Virus record (IMG/VR): IMGVR_UViG_3300035008_000005
Coordinates: 1 to 48,699 of that record
Origin: a virus
Taxonomy: Duplodnaviria > Caudoviricetes
Reading direction: 5' to 3' (one strand)
DNA: 48,699 nt
Every line of letters starts with the position of its first letter. Positions within the stretch are counted from its first letter, which is position 1. The notes under the pieces are model-generated. The model worked only from the letters and a program-made list of their open reading frames with translations, made no database searches and was not told where the DNA came from. The position numbers were made by a program, and so were the translations under genes. Shown here one piece after another: positions 26,386 through 34,338 of the stretch.

Positions 26386-27241
26386 CGTCCCACTCCCAAA
26401 CAAGCACCGACCGAGACCTGCACCCGCAGTAAGGAGGCGCGCCGGGTCTGTCAGATCGCTCGGGCGGCGCATTGACGACCTTCCCGCCCACCGACTTGCC
26501 GACCTGCGAAGCGACGTCGGAATAATACAGCCCATCCCGCGCCTCATGCCGGACGCGCGGATGCTTTTTCCCTGAATGTCGCCACTCCCAAACGGTAATC
26601 CCCGCCTCGATCCGGCGCTGATCGGCGAGCGATGCTGACAGTTTCGAAAGCTGATCCGACGCGATAAGCTGAGCCCGGCGCCGCCCCATGCCAACAGCCT
26701 CGGAGATTTGCTTTGCCACCTCGCGCGCGGGCCGACGCTCGTTGAGGCCGGAAAACACGGCATCGGATATCCGCTTTTTCGTCTGCGCAGACACGTCTTT
26801 GACGAGATCCACATTCCAAGCGAGATAGGATTGCAGCGTGTCCTCGACGTCGAAAACCGAGAGTCGCGTCGACAAATCCACGCTCGTCGCCGAAAAGACC
26901 TGGCGCACCCAACGCTGACGGACTGCGGCCTCTACTCGCACGGCCCATCGGCGCAATGAAGGCGTCAAAGTCAGCATCAACCGCGTCGCAGCCGATTCCG
27001 CGGCGTCGATCTGGCCCTGAATGTCCGCCGGGCTGTCCGTGGTCATCTGGGCGAGCGTGCGGGCGTACTCTTCGGCGATCGGCTTCGCGGCGTCGGCCCA
27101 AATCTGGATGATCGGGCGATAGACGGAATTGTAGAGGTCCGTCGCCAGCATCTGCGGCGCTGCAACTTCGCCGAGGGTGATGGAGCGGCGGCGGATGTTG
27201 CGGGTGCGGCGGGCTTCGGCCTTCAAATCGAACCGGGGCAT
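26372..27241 (-). CDS. Head morphogenesis/minor head protein (SPP1 gp7/Mu F-like)
   Basis: RAQLIASDQ, WEWRHSG...R..H, PG...CGCR. Confidence 0.9.
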   Translation of the reverse strand: MPRFDLKAEARRTRNIRRRSITLGEVAAPQMLATDLYNSVYRPIIQIWADAAKPIAEEYARTLAQMTTDSPADIQGQIDAAESAATRLMLTLTPSLRRWAVRVEAAVRQRWVRQVFSATSVDLSTRLSVFDVEDTLQSYLAWNVDLVKDVSAQTKKRISDAVFSGLNERRPAREVAKQISEAVGMGRRRAQLIASDQLSKLSASLADQRRIEAGITVWEWRHSGKKHPRVRHEARDGLYYSDVASQVGKSVGGKVVNAPPERSDRPGAPPYCGCRSRSVLVWEWDDEKA

Positions 27242-29130
27242 TAGTGCGCCCCTTCGTCGATTTCCTCAAAAATCTCGGCGCTGAGCTTGATCTCGCCGCG
27301 GAATGGATCGACGCCCGACAGGTCAACAGGATCGCCGGTCAGCGAGATATGCGGCTGATAGTCCTCATATGACCACGACGCGCCATTCTCGCGCATCTCG
27401 CGATTGCGCCACGACAGGTCCGACGATGCGAACATAAGAACGGCCGTTCGATCGCCGAGCGGCTCGACGACGCGCGGCCCGCCTTCGGTGATGGTCATGC
27501 CGCCCTTGCCGTCGCGGTCGCGCCAGTCCTGCCCCATCTTGATCCAGTCGACAGGCTGGAGGCTATAGGCGACGGTGACGTGCAGATTGTCCTGCAATGC
27601 GGGAAGCCCCTGCTCTTTCGCCCATGCCTTGAGCGCGCGCACGGTCTCGGGCAGCACGTCGCGGCGGACGTAGAGGGTGCGGGGCTGCGCATCGGAGAAT
27701 CGGCTATCATTCGCAGCACGGGCAGCGGGGACACGCGCCCCGCTCCCGGCAGATGCTGGATCACCTCCCTCCGTTGAAACGATGGCGCTGGGGTCGGTTT
27801 CGTCGTCCTCATCTGGCCCGACAGCCCCGCCATAACGCTGGGCCTCGGGGATCTTGTCGAGCGCGGCGTCGATGCCGGGCGTCCAGCCATTCTCGCGCAG
27901 GCCGTTCTGATAGGTCTCATTGAACGCGACCTCAGGAATGGCGCCGGACATGGCAACCTTGTCCATCGCCTCGGTCCATGTCTTGAACCGGGTCGTTTCC
28001 TCGCTTTCGGTCGGGATGGAGAGCGCGCCGAACTTCCACCAGATTTCGGGCGGGCGCTTGCCGAGCGCCGACGGGATCATCGCGGCGTCGATCTGGTCGA
28101 GGCAGGGCTTGAGTTCGAGTTCCTGCCCGGTCTCTACCATCTTGTTCCAGTCGCGCTCATCCCCCTCCCCGGTCGCGTTCAACCCCTTCGCCGACGTGCC
28201 CCAGAAGCGTGTGAACGGAATATCGGCTGCCGCGCAGAAGGCTTCGGCAAAGATGCGTATGGTTGCGTCGATACCCGCCCAATCGACCTGATGGCGATCA
28301 AGCTTCTCGCCGCCTTTGCCGTTCTCATCGCCGAGGTCGTAGAGCTTGCCGTTGAACACCGACGAACCAGCGATCATCAGCGACAGGCGCTTGTTCAGCC
28401 GTGCCTCACCTTCTGGCGTCGAGACGATATCGAGCAGCTTCGACACGCCGATATCGACGTTGAGCGCATCCTTGATCATGGCCGCGAACGTGCCGAGCGC
28501 TTCGTCGAGGTTCTGGGCGGATTCGATCAGCGACGGAACGCGCCCCCGGCCCCAGAAGCGATCCTCATGCGAGGCGGTATAGGCCGACGGGAGCGGGTCG
28601 CCACGGAAACATACGACACGGGACGGATGGATGCGCGTGCGGTTCTTGCTGCCGTTGATGACCCAATATTTCGGGGTGCCGTAGGTCGGGCTCGCGATCT
28701 CGTCGTCCCAATCCTCGCCGGACAGGTGGTGGCGGCTGACCATGTTGGCAGCGATGAGCCCGCCCTTGCTGGTGACATTGATCGGCAGCGCGGGGTCGCC
28801 GGCGGCAATGAGGATCATCGCCCCGCCACCTAGGCCGCGCAGAATTTCGCCCTGCTTGCACTTCGCCTGAATTTGCAGGCGGCGTTCCTCGGCCTCGATC
28901 GCCTCGATCTGGCTGTCATCGGCCTGCCAGTCACGCCATGCGCGCACGCGATCGGTCGCGGGGATGGCAATGGCCTTGCGCAGCGACGGGCTGGCCTCAT
29001 AGGCTTGCTCGATATCTTGCGGCGACAGAAACAGGCTGGCGTAGGATCGGGCCATGCGCGGGTCGGCACGCGTGCCTAGGCCGGTGACGAGGTTTTGCAG
29101 CCCGTCGACGATATTGCGCACTACGCCCAT
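27241..29130 (-). CDS. Portal protein (DUF1073) fused to 2H-phosphoesterase (Acb1-like) domain
   Basis: IHPSRV, AADIPFTRFWGTSAKGLNATGEGD; C-terminal LHVTVAYS...YQPHISL. Confidence 0.9.
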   Translation of the reverse strand: MGVVRNIVDGLQNLVTGLGTRADPRMARSYASLFLSPQDIEQAYEASPSLRKAIAIPATDRVRAWRDWQADDSQIEAIEAEERRLQIQAKCKQGEILRGLGGGAMILIAAGDPALPINVTSKGGLIAANMVSRHHLSGEDWDDEIASPTYGTPKYWVINGSKNRTRIHPSRVVCFRGDPLPSAYTASHEDRFWGRGRVPSLIESAQNLDEALGTFAAMIKDALNVDIGVSKLLDIVSTPEGEARLNKRLSLMIAGSSVFNGKLYDLGDENGKGGEKLDRHQVDWAGIDATIRIFAEAFCAAADIPFTRFWGTSAKGLNATGEGDERDWNKMVETGQELELKPCLDQIDAAMIPSALGKRPPEIWWKFGALSIPTESEETTRFKTWTEAMDKVAMSGAIPEVAFNETYQNGLRENGWTPGIDAALDKIPEAQRYGGAVGPDEDDETDPSAIVSTEGGDPASAGSGARVPAARAANDSRFSDAQPRTLYVRRDVLPETVRALKAWAKEQGLPALQDNLHVTVAYSLQPVDWIKMGQDWRDRDGKGGMTITEGGPRVVEPLGDRTAVLMFASSDLSWRNREMRENGASWSYEDYQPHISLTGDPVDLSGVDPFRGEIKLSAEIFEEIDEGAH

Positions 29131-29163
29131 GCGCGGGGTTATGCTGTGGGGTGCTGGGTGGCC

Positions 29164-29175
29164 TTACCGCCGTCA
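29164..29175 (-). promoter_or_regulatory. Late-promoter motif (copy 6)
   Basis: Exact 12-mer; its TGA is the terL stop; upstream of portal ATG. Confidence 0.7.
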
Positions 29176-30405
29176 GAGGGCGTTGGCGAGGGCGGCGCCG
29201 TAGTTGTAGCCTTCCATCTTGATCAGCGGTGACACCGAATAGCGGATGGCATCGATCCAGTGGTTATTGGCATCGACGAGGACGGGAAGAATGTCGCCGG
29301 TCAGCCGGTCAACCTTGTAACTGTAGAGGCGCAATTCGCTGATCGTGTTGGTGCAGCGCGGATGCACGACGATTTCGCGGAAGGCGCGTAGGAACCGGAT
29401 GCCGTCGTCGACGCTACCTTGCCATTTGTCCGCACCGATCGCTTTCGGCAGACCTGATCGCGTCAAGATGCTGATCGAACCGGGCGAGGCGCTGTCCCAC
29501 CGGCTGACATGCTCGTCATAGCCCGGGATAGCCTCGTTGACATGTTCTGCGATGGCGTCCAGCTCGATCGAACGCCCGCCGGCCTCGTGGCTGACGTAGA
29601 GCGTGTCTCCGTGGATATAGACCCGAACGGCCGCGGTCGGATCCTGAGCATATCCGAAGTCGCCGCCCTGATACGGCCCGTCCCATGTGTCCTTGGGCTC
29701 GAATTCCTCGACGCGCCATTTGCCCGAAAAGACCTGGGCAGCCGAATTGACCAGATATGCGCCGTCCCAGACATGGGCATAGGTTGCGGGATCGAGGCGG
29801 GATTGCTCGCGCCGCCGCAGCTTGTCGAGACCGTCGGGGAAGAACGGATTATCGTTCCAGTTCATCTCGACGGTGACGGCATTGTCGGGCGGGTGCTTGC
29901 GGAAGCGCATGTCGACCGGCGAACCGTCGAGCCGCGGGTTCCAGAGCGCCCAAAGTTCCGATTTGGGCTGACGAAACACCGTGGCCTCCAATGCCAGCCA
30001 CGAGGCTTCGGGCGCGTCCTCGGCTTCCTCGACGATCGTCAGGTCGATCTTGGCCAGCGACTTGATCGTGTTCACGCTATGCCGCAGTCCACGGAAAATG
30101 AATTCGGTCCCGTTGGCGCCGCGCAGATAGTCGACGCCGACGTCGTAATGCGCTTCGAGGAACGGGTGAGCAGCGATCGCGGCCTTCAGTTCGGCGTGGA
30201 ACGATTCCTTGATGCTCGCCTGAAACTCGCGTGTGCAGAGGATGCGCAGGGGTTCGGCATAGCCCCACACCGACGCCATGAGCGCCGCCGAGAATGACTT
30301 ACCCGACCCGCGCCCGCCGTGCATGTTGCGATACTGCACCGCGCCGCGCTCGAGCGCGAACATGGGAACGATCTTGGGGGGGAGTTCAATCGTTGCTACG
30401 GTCAT
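29173..30405 (-). CDS. terL: Terminase large subunit (PBSX/SPP1-like)
   Basis: GGRGSGKS Walker A, IVEEA Walker B, WNP, DFGY..DPTA, NHWIDAIRY. Confidence 0.95.
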   Translation of the reverse strand: MTVATIELPPKIVPMFALERGAVQYRNMHGGRGSGKSFSAALMASVWGYAEPLRILCTREFQASIKESFHAELKAAIAAHPFLEAHYDVGVDYLRGANGTEFIFRGLRHSVNTIKSLAKIDLTIVEEAEDAPEASWLALEATVFRQPKSELWALWNPRLDGSPVDMRFRKHPPDNAVTVEMNWNDNPFFPDGLDKLRRREQSRLDPATYAHVWDGAYLVNSAAQVFSGKWRVEEFEPKDTWDGPYQGGDFGYAQDPTAAVRVYIHGDTLYVSHEAGGRSIELDAIAEHVNEAIPGYDEHVSRWDSASPGSISILTRSGLPKAIGADKWQGSVDDGIRFLRAFREIVVHPRCTNTISELRLYSYKVDRLTGDILPVLVDANNHWIDAIRYSVSPLIKMEGYNYGAALANAL

Positions 30406-30802
30406 TGTCTGCCTTGGCCGCGACGATCTGGATCACCTTGGGCTGGTTCTGGCTGCCGTCTGACGAGGTAAGGTCGATCTTGTCGCCGTAGCGCTTCGGA
30501 TCCCACTTCGCGAGCAGCTTCAGCCGAAAGTCGGCACGGACACGGCGGGAGGCCGGATCCTCGTTCACGTTGTCCACGATTTCAAGCCCGCGAGCCGCGA
30601 TGGCATCAAAGCCGACCTCGCGCGCACGCGCATACGCGATGGCTAGGGATTCATCGGCGGCAACCCAATCGCCCCATGTCGAAGGATGAGGAAATCGCTT
30701 CGGATCGCTTGCGCAAATCGTGGCCAGCGGTTCGCCGTCGGAGATGCGCTTGAGGATTTCTTCCTCGACGTCATCGTGGCGCTTGGTCGGCATGGGCATC
30801 AC
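30386..30802 (-). CDS. terS: Terminase small subunit
   Basis: ILKRISDGEPLATIC...YARAR...KLLAKWDPKRYGDK. Confidence 0.9.
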   Translation of the reverse strand: MMPMPTKRHDDVEEEILKRISDGEPLATICASDPKRFPHPSTWGDWVAADESLAIAYARAREVGFDAIAARGLEIVDNVNEDPASRRVRADFRLKLLAKWDPKRYGDKIDLTSSDGSQNQPKVIQIVAAKADNDRSND

Positions 30803-31002
30803 CCCACCCCCCTCAAAAACCGAGCCCGCGCCGCCTTCAGCCGCTCAGCCCCGAGCATGATATACCAGCGGTTGGCGCAGCGTTTGCCGAACATGCGATT
30901 AACCTTGGCCCAGCCGTGCTCGACGAAGATGCCCTCAAACTCTGGCGCCGGCGGGCGGAAGGTCTTGGTGGAATATGGGCGGGGGCGGGTTTGGGGGGTC
31001 AT
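30799..31002 (-). CDS. Hypothetical protein
   Basis: ATGA-type coupling on both sides. Confidence 0.65.
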   Translation of the reverse strand: MTPQTRPRPYSTKTFRPPAPEFEGIFVEHGWAKVNRMFGKRCANRWYIMLGAERLKAARARFLRGVG

Positions 31003-31373
31003 CGCGTGGCCTCCCCGGCTTCGATAATGGCTGGCACAATAGGGCGGTGCTTAGCGATCAGGTCGGCCATATCTCGCACAAGGTTGTGCTGCTCGGAACC
31101 CGCGCCCCAATGATTGCCAGCCGCGATCACCAAGTCATCCATCTTTGCGACAGGGACCACGGCATACCCAGCTTCCGTTATGGCGGTGAGAGCGGCTTGT
31201 GCGGCGTCGATGTAGTCAGGCTGGCGTGGTTCGTTGATGTCGCGATACCTACCGCCAGATTCCCCGCGCGCTTCGATCCAGTGCGGCTTGCTGCGGTGGG
31301 CGTGGTCGAAGTCGTCTCCGATGCCATCAGCAATGGCCCGCGCGATTGCTTCTATCAGTGCGGTGGTGCTCAT
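30999..31373 (-). CDS. Hypothetical phage protein
   Basis: Coupled; IEAIARAI...AQAALTAI..AGYAVVP. Confidence 0.7.
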   Translation of the reverse strand: MSTTALIEAIARAIADGIGDDFDHAHRSKPHWIEARGESGGRYRDINEPRQPDYIDAAQAALTAITEAGYAVVPVAKMDDLVIAAGNHWGAGSEQHNLVRDMADLIAKHRPIVPAIIEAGEATR

Positions 31374-31942
31374 ATCGCCGCATCCTCATCAATCGGCCCA
31401 AACCCACTCGCCGCGGCCATCTCAGCCAGCGCAAAGAAATACTCCCGCGCATCCGGCGTCGCCCGGTTCCAGCACCGCACGATCTCGGTCGAGAGGCGCG
31501 TCGTCGCATCATCGTCGGGCAGAAGCTGGCCCGTCTCGGATTTATGCTCGACCACCGCATGATGTGCAGCGCGCTCGTTCCAGTGCTCCTCGACGGCCTG
31601 CTTCAGCATCCGCAGCCGCAACCCCTCATCCTCGACCTTGGCAATGTGCTTGCAGACCTCGAAGCTGATGCGATCGGTGCGCCATGCCGGCGGGATGAGC
31701 TTGGCGACCTTTGCATCGGCGATAGCGCGCTTCTTGTCGACGCCGATCTGGTCGAGGAACAGGTCCATCTGCGGCTGGTCGTGGAATCGCTCGATGCCGA
31801 CCCTGAGCCACTCCGCCACCTTCCACTCGGCATGGCGATGCTCGGCAAAGATCGTGCGCGCTTCTTCCACCCAGGCCTCGAACCCCATGTCGGCGGGCAA
31901 GATGGCTTCGAGCGGTCGGTCGAGAGTTGAAAGAGCATTCAT
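31370..31942 (-). CDS. Putative transcription regulator, LmbU-like
   Basis: LP...FEAW...W.VAEWL..G...R..RISF...W pattern resembles the LmbU family; lies at the late-regulator position. Confidence 0.5.
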   Translation of the reverse strand: MNALSTLDRPLEAILPADMGFEAWVEEARTIFAEHRHAEWKVAEWLRVGIERFHDQPQMDLFLDQIGVDKKRAIADAKVAKLIPPAWRTDRISFEVCKHIAKVEDEGLRLRMLKQAVEEHWNERAAHHAVVEHKSETGQLLPDDDATTRLSTEIVRCWNRATPDAREYFFALAEMAAASGFGPIDEDAAI

Positions 31943-32115
31943 GCAAACAAGTCTCCGGTCTTGCGGTTGAGAGGCGATGCTTGGGCGATCTCGACACAGA
32001 AGCGGGCATAGTCCTTCGAGACCTGCCACGTCGGGAACAGGGCTCGAAGCTGGTCGAGGTCGATCGTGCCTTTTCTGAAGTCGATGAGGTCGAGGTGGAG
32101 TTTCTGGACGGTCAT
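31939..32115 (-). CDS. Hypothetical protein
   Basis: Coupled; ends GDLFA. Confidence 0.6.
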   Translation of the reverse strand: MTVQKLHLDLIDFRKGTIDLDQLRALFPTWQVSKDYARFCVEIAQASPLNRKTGDLFA

Positions 32116-32139
32116 GGATGGGCCATGCTTTGAAGGTCT

Positions 32140-32392
32140 GTAACCACCTTCCACGCGCGCGCGTATACCGGTGTTTTTTCACCTCTCCTTACTTTCTTCT
32201 CTTTAGAAAAAAGGTGGTAACAATAAAGGGAAAGGCTAGGTTTTCTGCGCGTTACCACCTCGTTACCACCACCGAAAAAAGGTGGGAACAGAGGTGGAAA
32301 CGTCAAAGGTGGAAACGCAGGACGTGAAACAATATTGCGCGTGTTACCACCTGAGGTGGTAACAAACCCCAAGTGGTAACAGAGGTGGAAAC
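32140..32392. repeat. Probable replication origin: 11 copies of a GGTGGWAAC-like 9-mer in both orientations
   Basis: Copies at 32140, 32213, 32251, 32262, 32281, 32293, 32308, 32343, 32355, 32372, 32384; AT-rich tract; directly after VapE gene. Confidence 0.8.
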
Positions 32393-32407
32393 GGGAGATT
32401 TCTGGTC

Positions 32408-33580
32408 TCATTGTCGGGTCCAGACCTTTCTTGGAGGCTGGCCCGGTGGCCTCTGCGTCGTGCGCGCGAAGCCGATCGACCGAAGCGCCGCCCCGACACG
32501 CATCTGGGCGCGCTTGTCCTTTCTCTCGTGCGGGATGCCGAGTTGGGTCAGTGCGAAGTCGGACGTCACATCGTCATGACCCTGAAGCTTCTCCTCCAGG
32601 ATTGGCGCCCAAGCGTCCTGTTCCTGCCGCTGCGCCGTCTCTGCTTCGGCAAGCTCATTTTCCTCGCCTTCGAGCCACCAGCGTTCGTTCTCGCGGTAGA
32701 GATGGAAGGCCTCGGCCCAAAGCTGGTCGCGCTTCTCTCGTATGCCATCCAGATCGATCTTGGTGACGCGCACGGGCCAATAGCGCCGGTTGCCGGTGCT
32801 GTCGGTCAGATATCCCATGTCGTCTGGGTTGATCGTGCCGAAGAAAACGCAACGCCGTGGGTGGTTCGACGCCGCCTTGGCGTAAGGCAGCACGACCTTG
32901 TCGTTCCGCATCGAGATCAGACCCTTGACCGCGTTCATGTCCTTTTTGAGGATGGCGACGAACTCGGCCAGCTCGACGCACCACGCGCCCATCATCTGCA
33001 TGACCATCTTGTTGTGCTGGTCGAAGATGCTGACCGATTCGGCCGTGTGCTCCTCGCCGAACAGGACCGAAATTGCCGTCGATTTCTTCAGTCCCTGATC
33101 CCCTTCGAGGACCATGATCGTGTCGACCTTGCACCCCGGCTGCATCGCGCGCGCGACGGCGCCGACCAAAACCTTGGGCCCGACCAACTGCACGAAAGGG
33201 GTGTCGGGAGCGCCAAGCAGGGTTTGCATCCATCGATAAAGGCGCTTCGTCCCGTCCCATTTCAGCGGGGTGAGATAGTCCACGACCGGGTTATAGCTAT
33301 TCTCGCGGCACACGCGATCGATGGCCGGGCGAATATCCCTGTCCTGCGACTGGTAATTCTCGCGCTCGAGCAACAGACGGATATCGACGACATCGGGATC
33401 CTCGATCGGCTTGTTGCACCACTCGATTTCCTGCGTCATCTCATTGAAGCGCAGATTTTTGCCGAGTTCGGGCAGGCCGCGGAGGTGCGCGATCGTGTTC
33501 GTCAGGTTCCGCTTCGGACCCTTGTCGCCCATTTGCAGGTTATGCCGCCAGGCATTGAGTTCGTGGACGACGGCCATCAT
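32408..33580 (-). CDS. VapE/VirE-family replicative helicase
   Basis: WDGTKRL, AVARAMQPGCKVD, GDQGLKKST, ELAE, YLTDSTGNRRYWP. Confidence 0.92.
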   Translation of the reverse strand: MMAVVHELNAWRHNLQMGDKGPKRNLTNTIAHLRGLPELGKNLRFNEMTQEIEWCNKPIEDPDVVDIRLLLERENYQSQDRDIRPAIDRVCRENSYNPVVDYLTPLKWDGTKRLYRWMQTLLGAPDTPFVQLVGPKVLVGAVARAMQPGCKVDTIMVLEGDQGLKKSTAISVLFGEEHTAESVSIFDQHNKMVMQMMGAWCVELAEFVAILKKDMNAVKGLISMRNDKVVLPYAKAASNHPRRCVFFGTINPDDMGYLTDSTGNRRYWPVRVTKIDLDGIREKRDQLWAEAFHLYRENERWWLEGEENELAEAETAQRQEQDAWAPILEEKLQGHDDVTSDFALTQLGIPHERKDKRAQMRVGAALRSIGFARTTQRPPGQPPRKVWTRQ

Positions 33581-34338
33581 GCTGCGCTTCTCATATTCAT
33601 ATGCGCGTGAGCGCGTGGTGCGGGGCGCCGGATCAATCGGTTCAGGGCTTTGACGTCGACGCCTTCGCCGGCGGTAATGAGTTCCGCGAAAGGCCAATCG
33701 ATCTTGTTCATCGGACCGATCGCGAGGGCGCTTGGGGGGCGACCATGCCAGACCGGCGGGATATTGGCCTGACGACGCGCCTGTTGCGCCGACCGGACAT
33801 GCTCGAGCCTCGCCCGGGCGAAGTCACGCGCCCATGCCTTCGCGTCGGCGTGAACTGTGAACCGCTGCGTGTTGATCGGTTCGATGAGGCTGGGTTGCTT
33901 CGTCGTGAACAGACTGGCGTTTCCGTCGGCGTCGATCAGCACGATTTCTGTGATCGGCACATGCTCGATCGTCATCGGGCTCGGGCTGGGAATGGCGATA
34001 GCCACCTTCCACCCGTCGACGTTCATCGCCGTCATGCCCCCGAGCGCCAGCGTGGGCGTCGTCGCGGGGTTCAGGCTGAGCATCCGGCACTTCCACTGGT
34101 GCGCCGATTCCCATTTCGTTCGCTCGATCCGTCGGGCCGCGCGCCAGAGCTTGTCGGGGGTGTCATCGGTGTGTGCGTCGAGGACGTCGGTTATCTCGGC
34201 GCACAGTTTCGACATTGTTCGGACGTCGGCCATCGAGTTCATAGACGTGTCGAGCGCCTCGTCTATGGGCGCGAAGACCTGCCGGATCGCGATTTCGGCC
34301 GCATAAGGGCCGGCGATGATGATGTCGCGTCGCCTCAT
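33577..34338 (-). CDS. Hypothetical replication-module protein
   Basis: Coupled between methyltransferase and VapE. Confidence 0.65.
   Translation of the reverse strand: MRRRDIIIAGPYAAEIAIRQVFAPIDEALDTSMNSMADVRTMSKLCAEITDVLDAHTDDTPDKLWRAARRIERTKWESAHQWKCRMLSLNPATTPTLALGGMTAMNVDGWKVAIAIPSPSPMTIEHVPITEIVLIDADGNASLFTTKQPSLIEPINTQRFTVHADAKAWARDFARARLEHVRSAQQARRQANIPPVWHGRPPSALAIGPMNKIDWPFAELITAGEGVDVKALNRLIRRPAPRAHAHMNMRSAA

Noticed and set aside
32140-32392. CRISPR array
   Set aside because: Repeats are 9 bp, irregularly spaced and in both orientations; no cas genes
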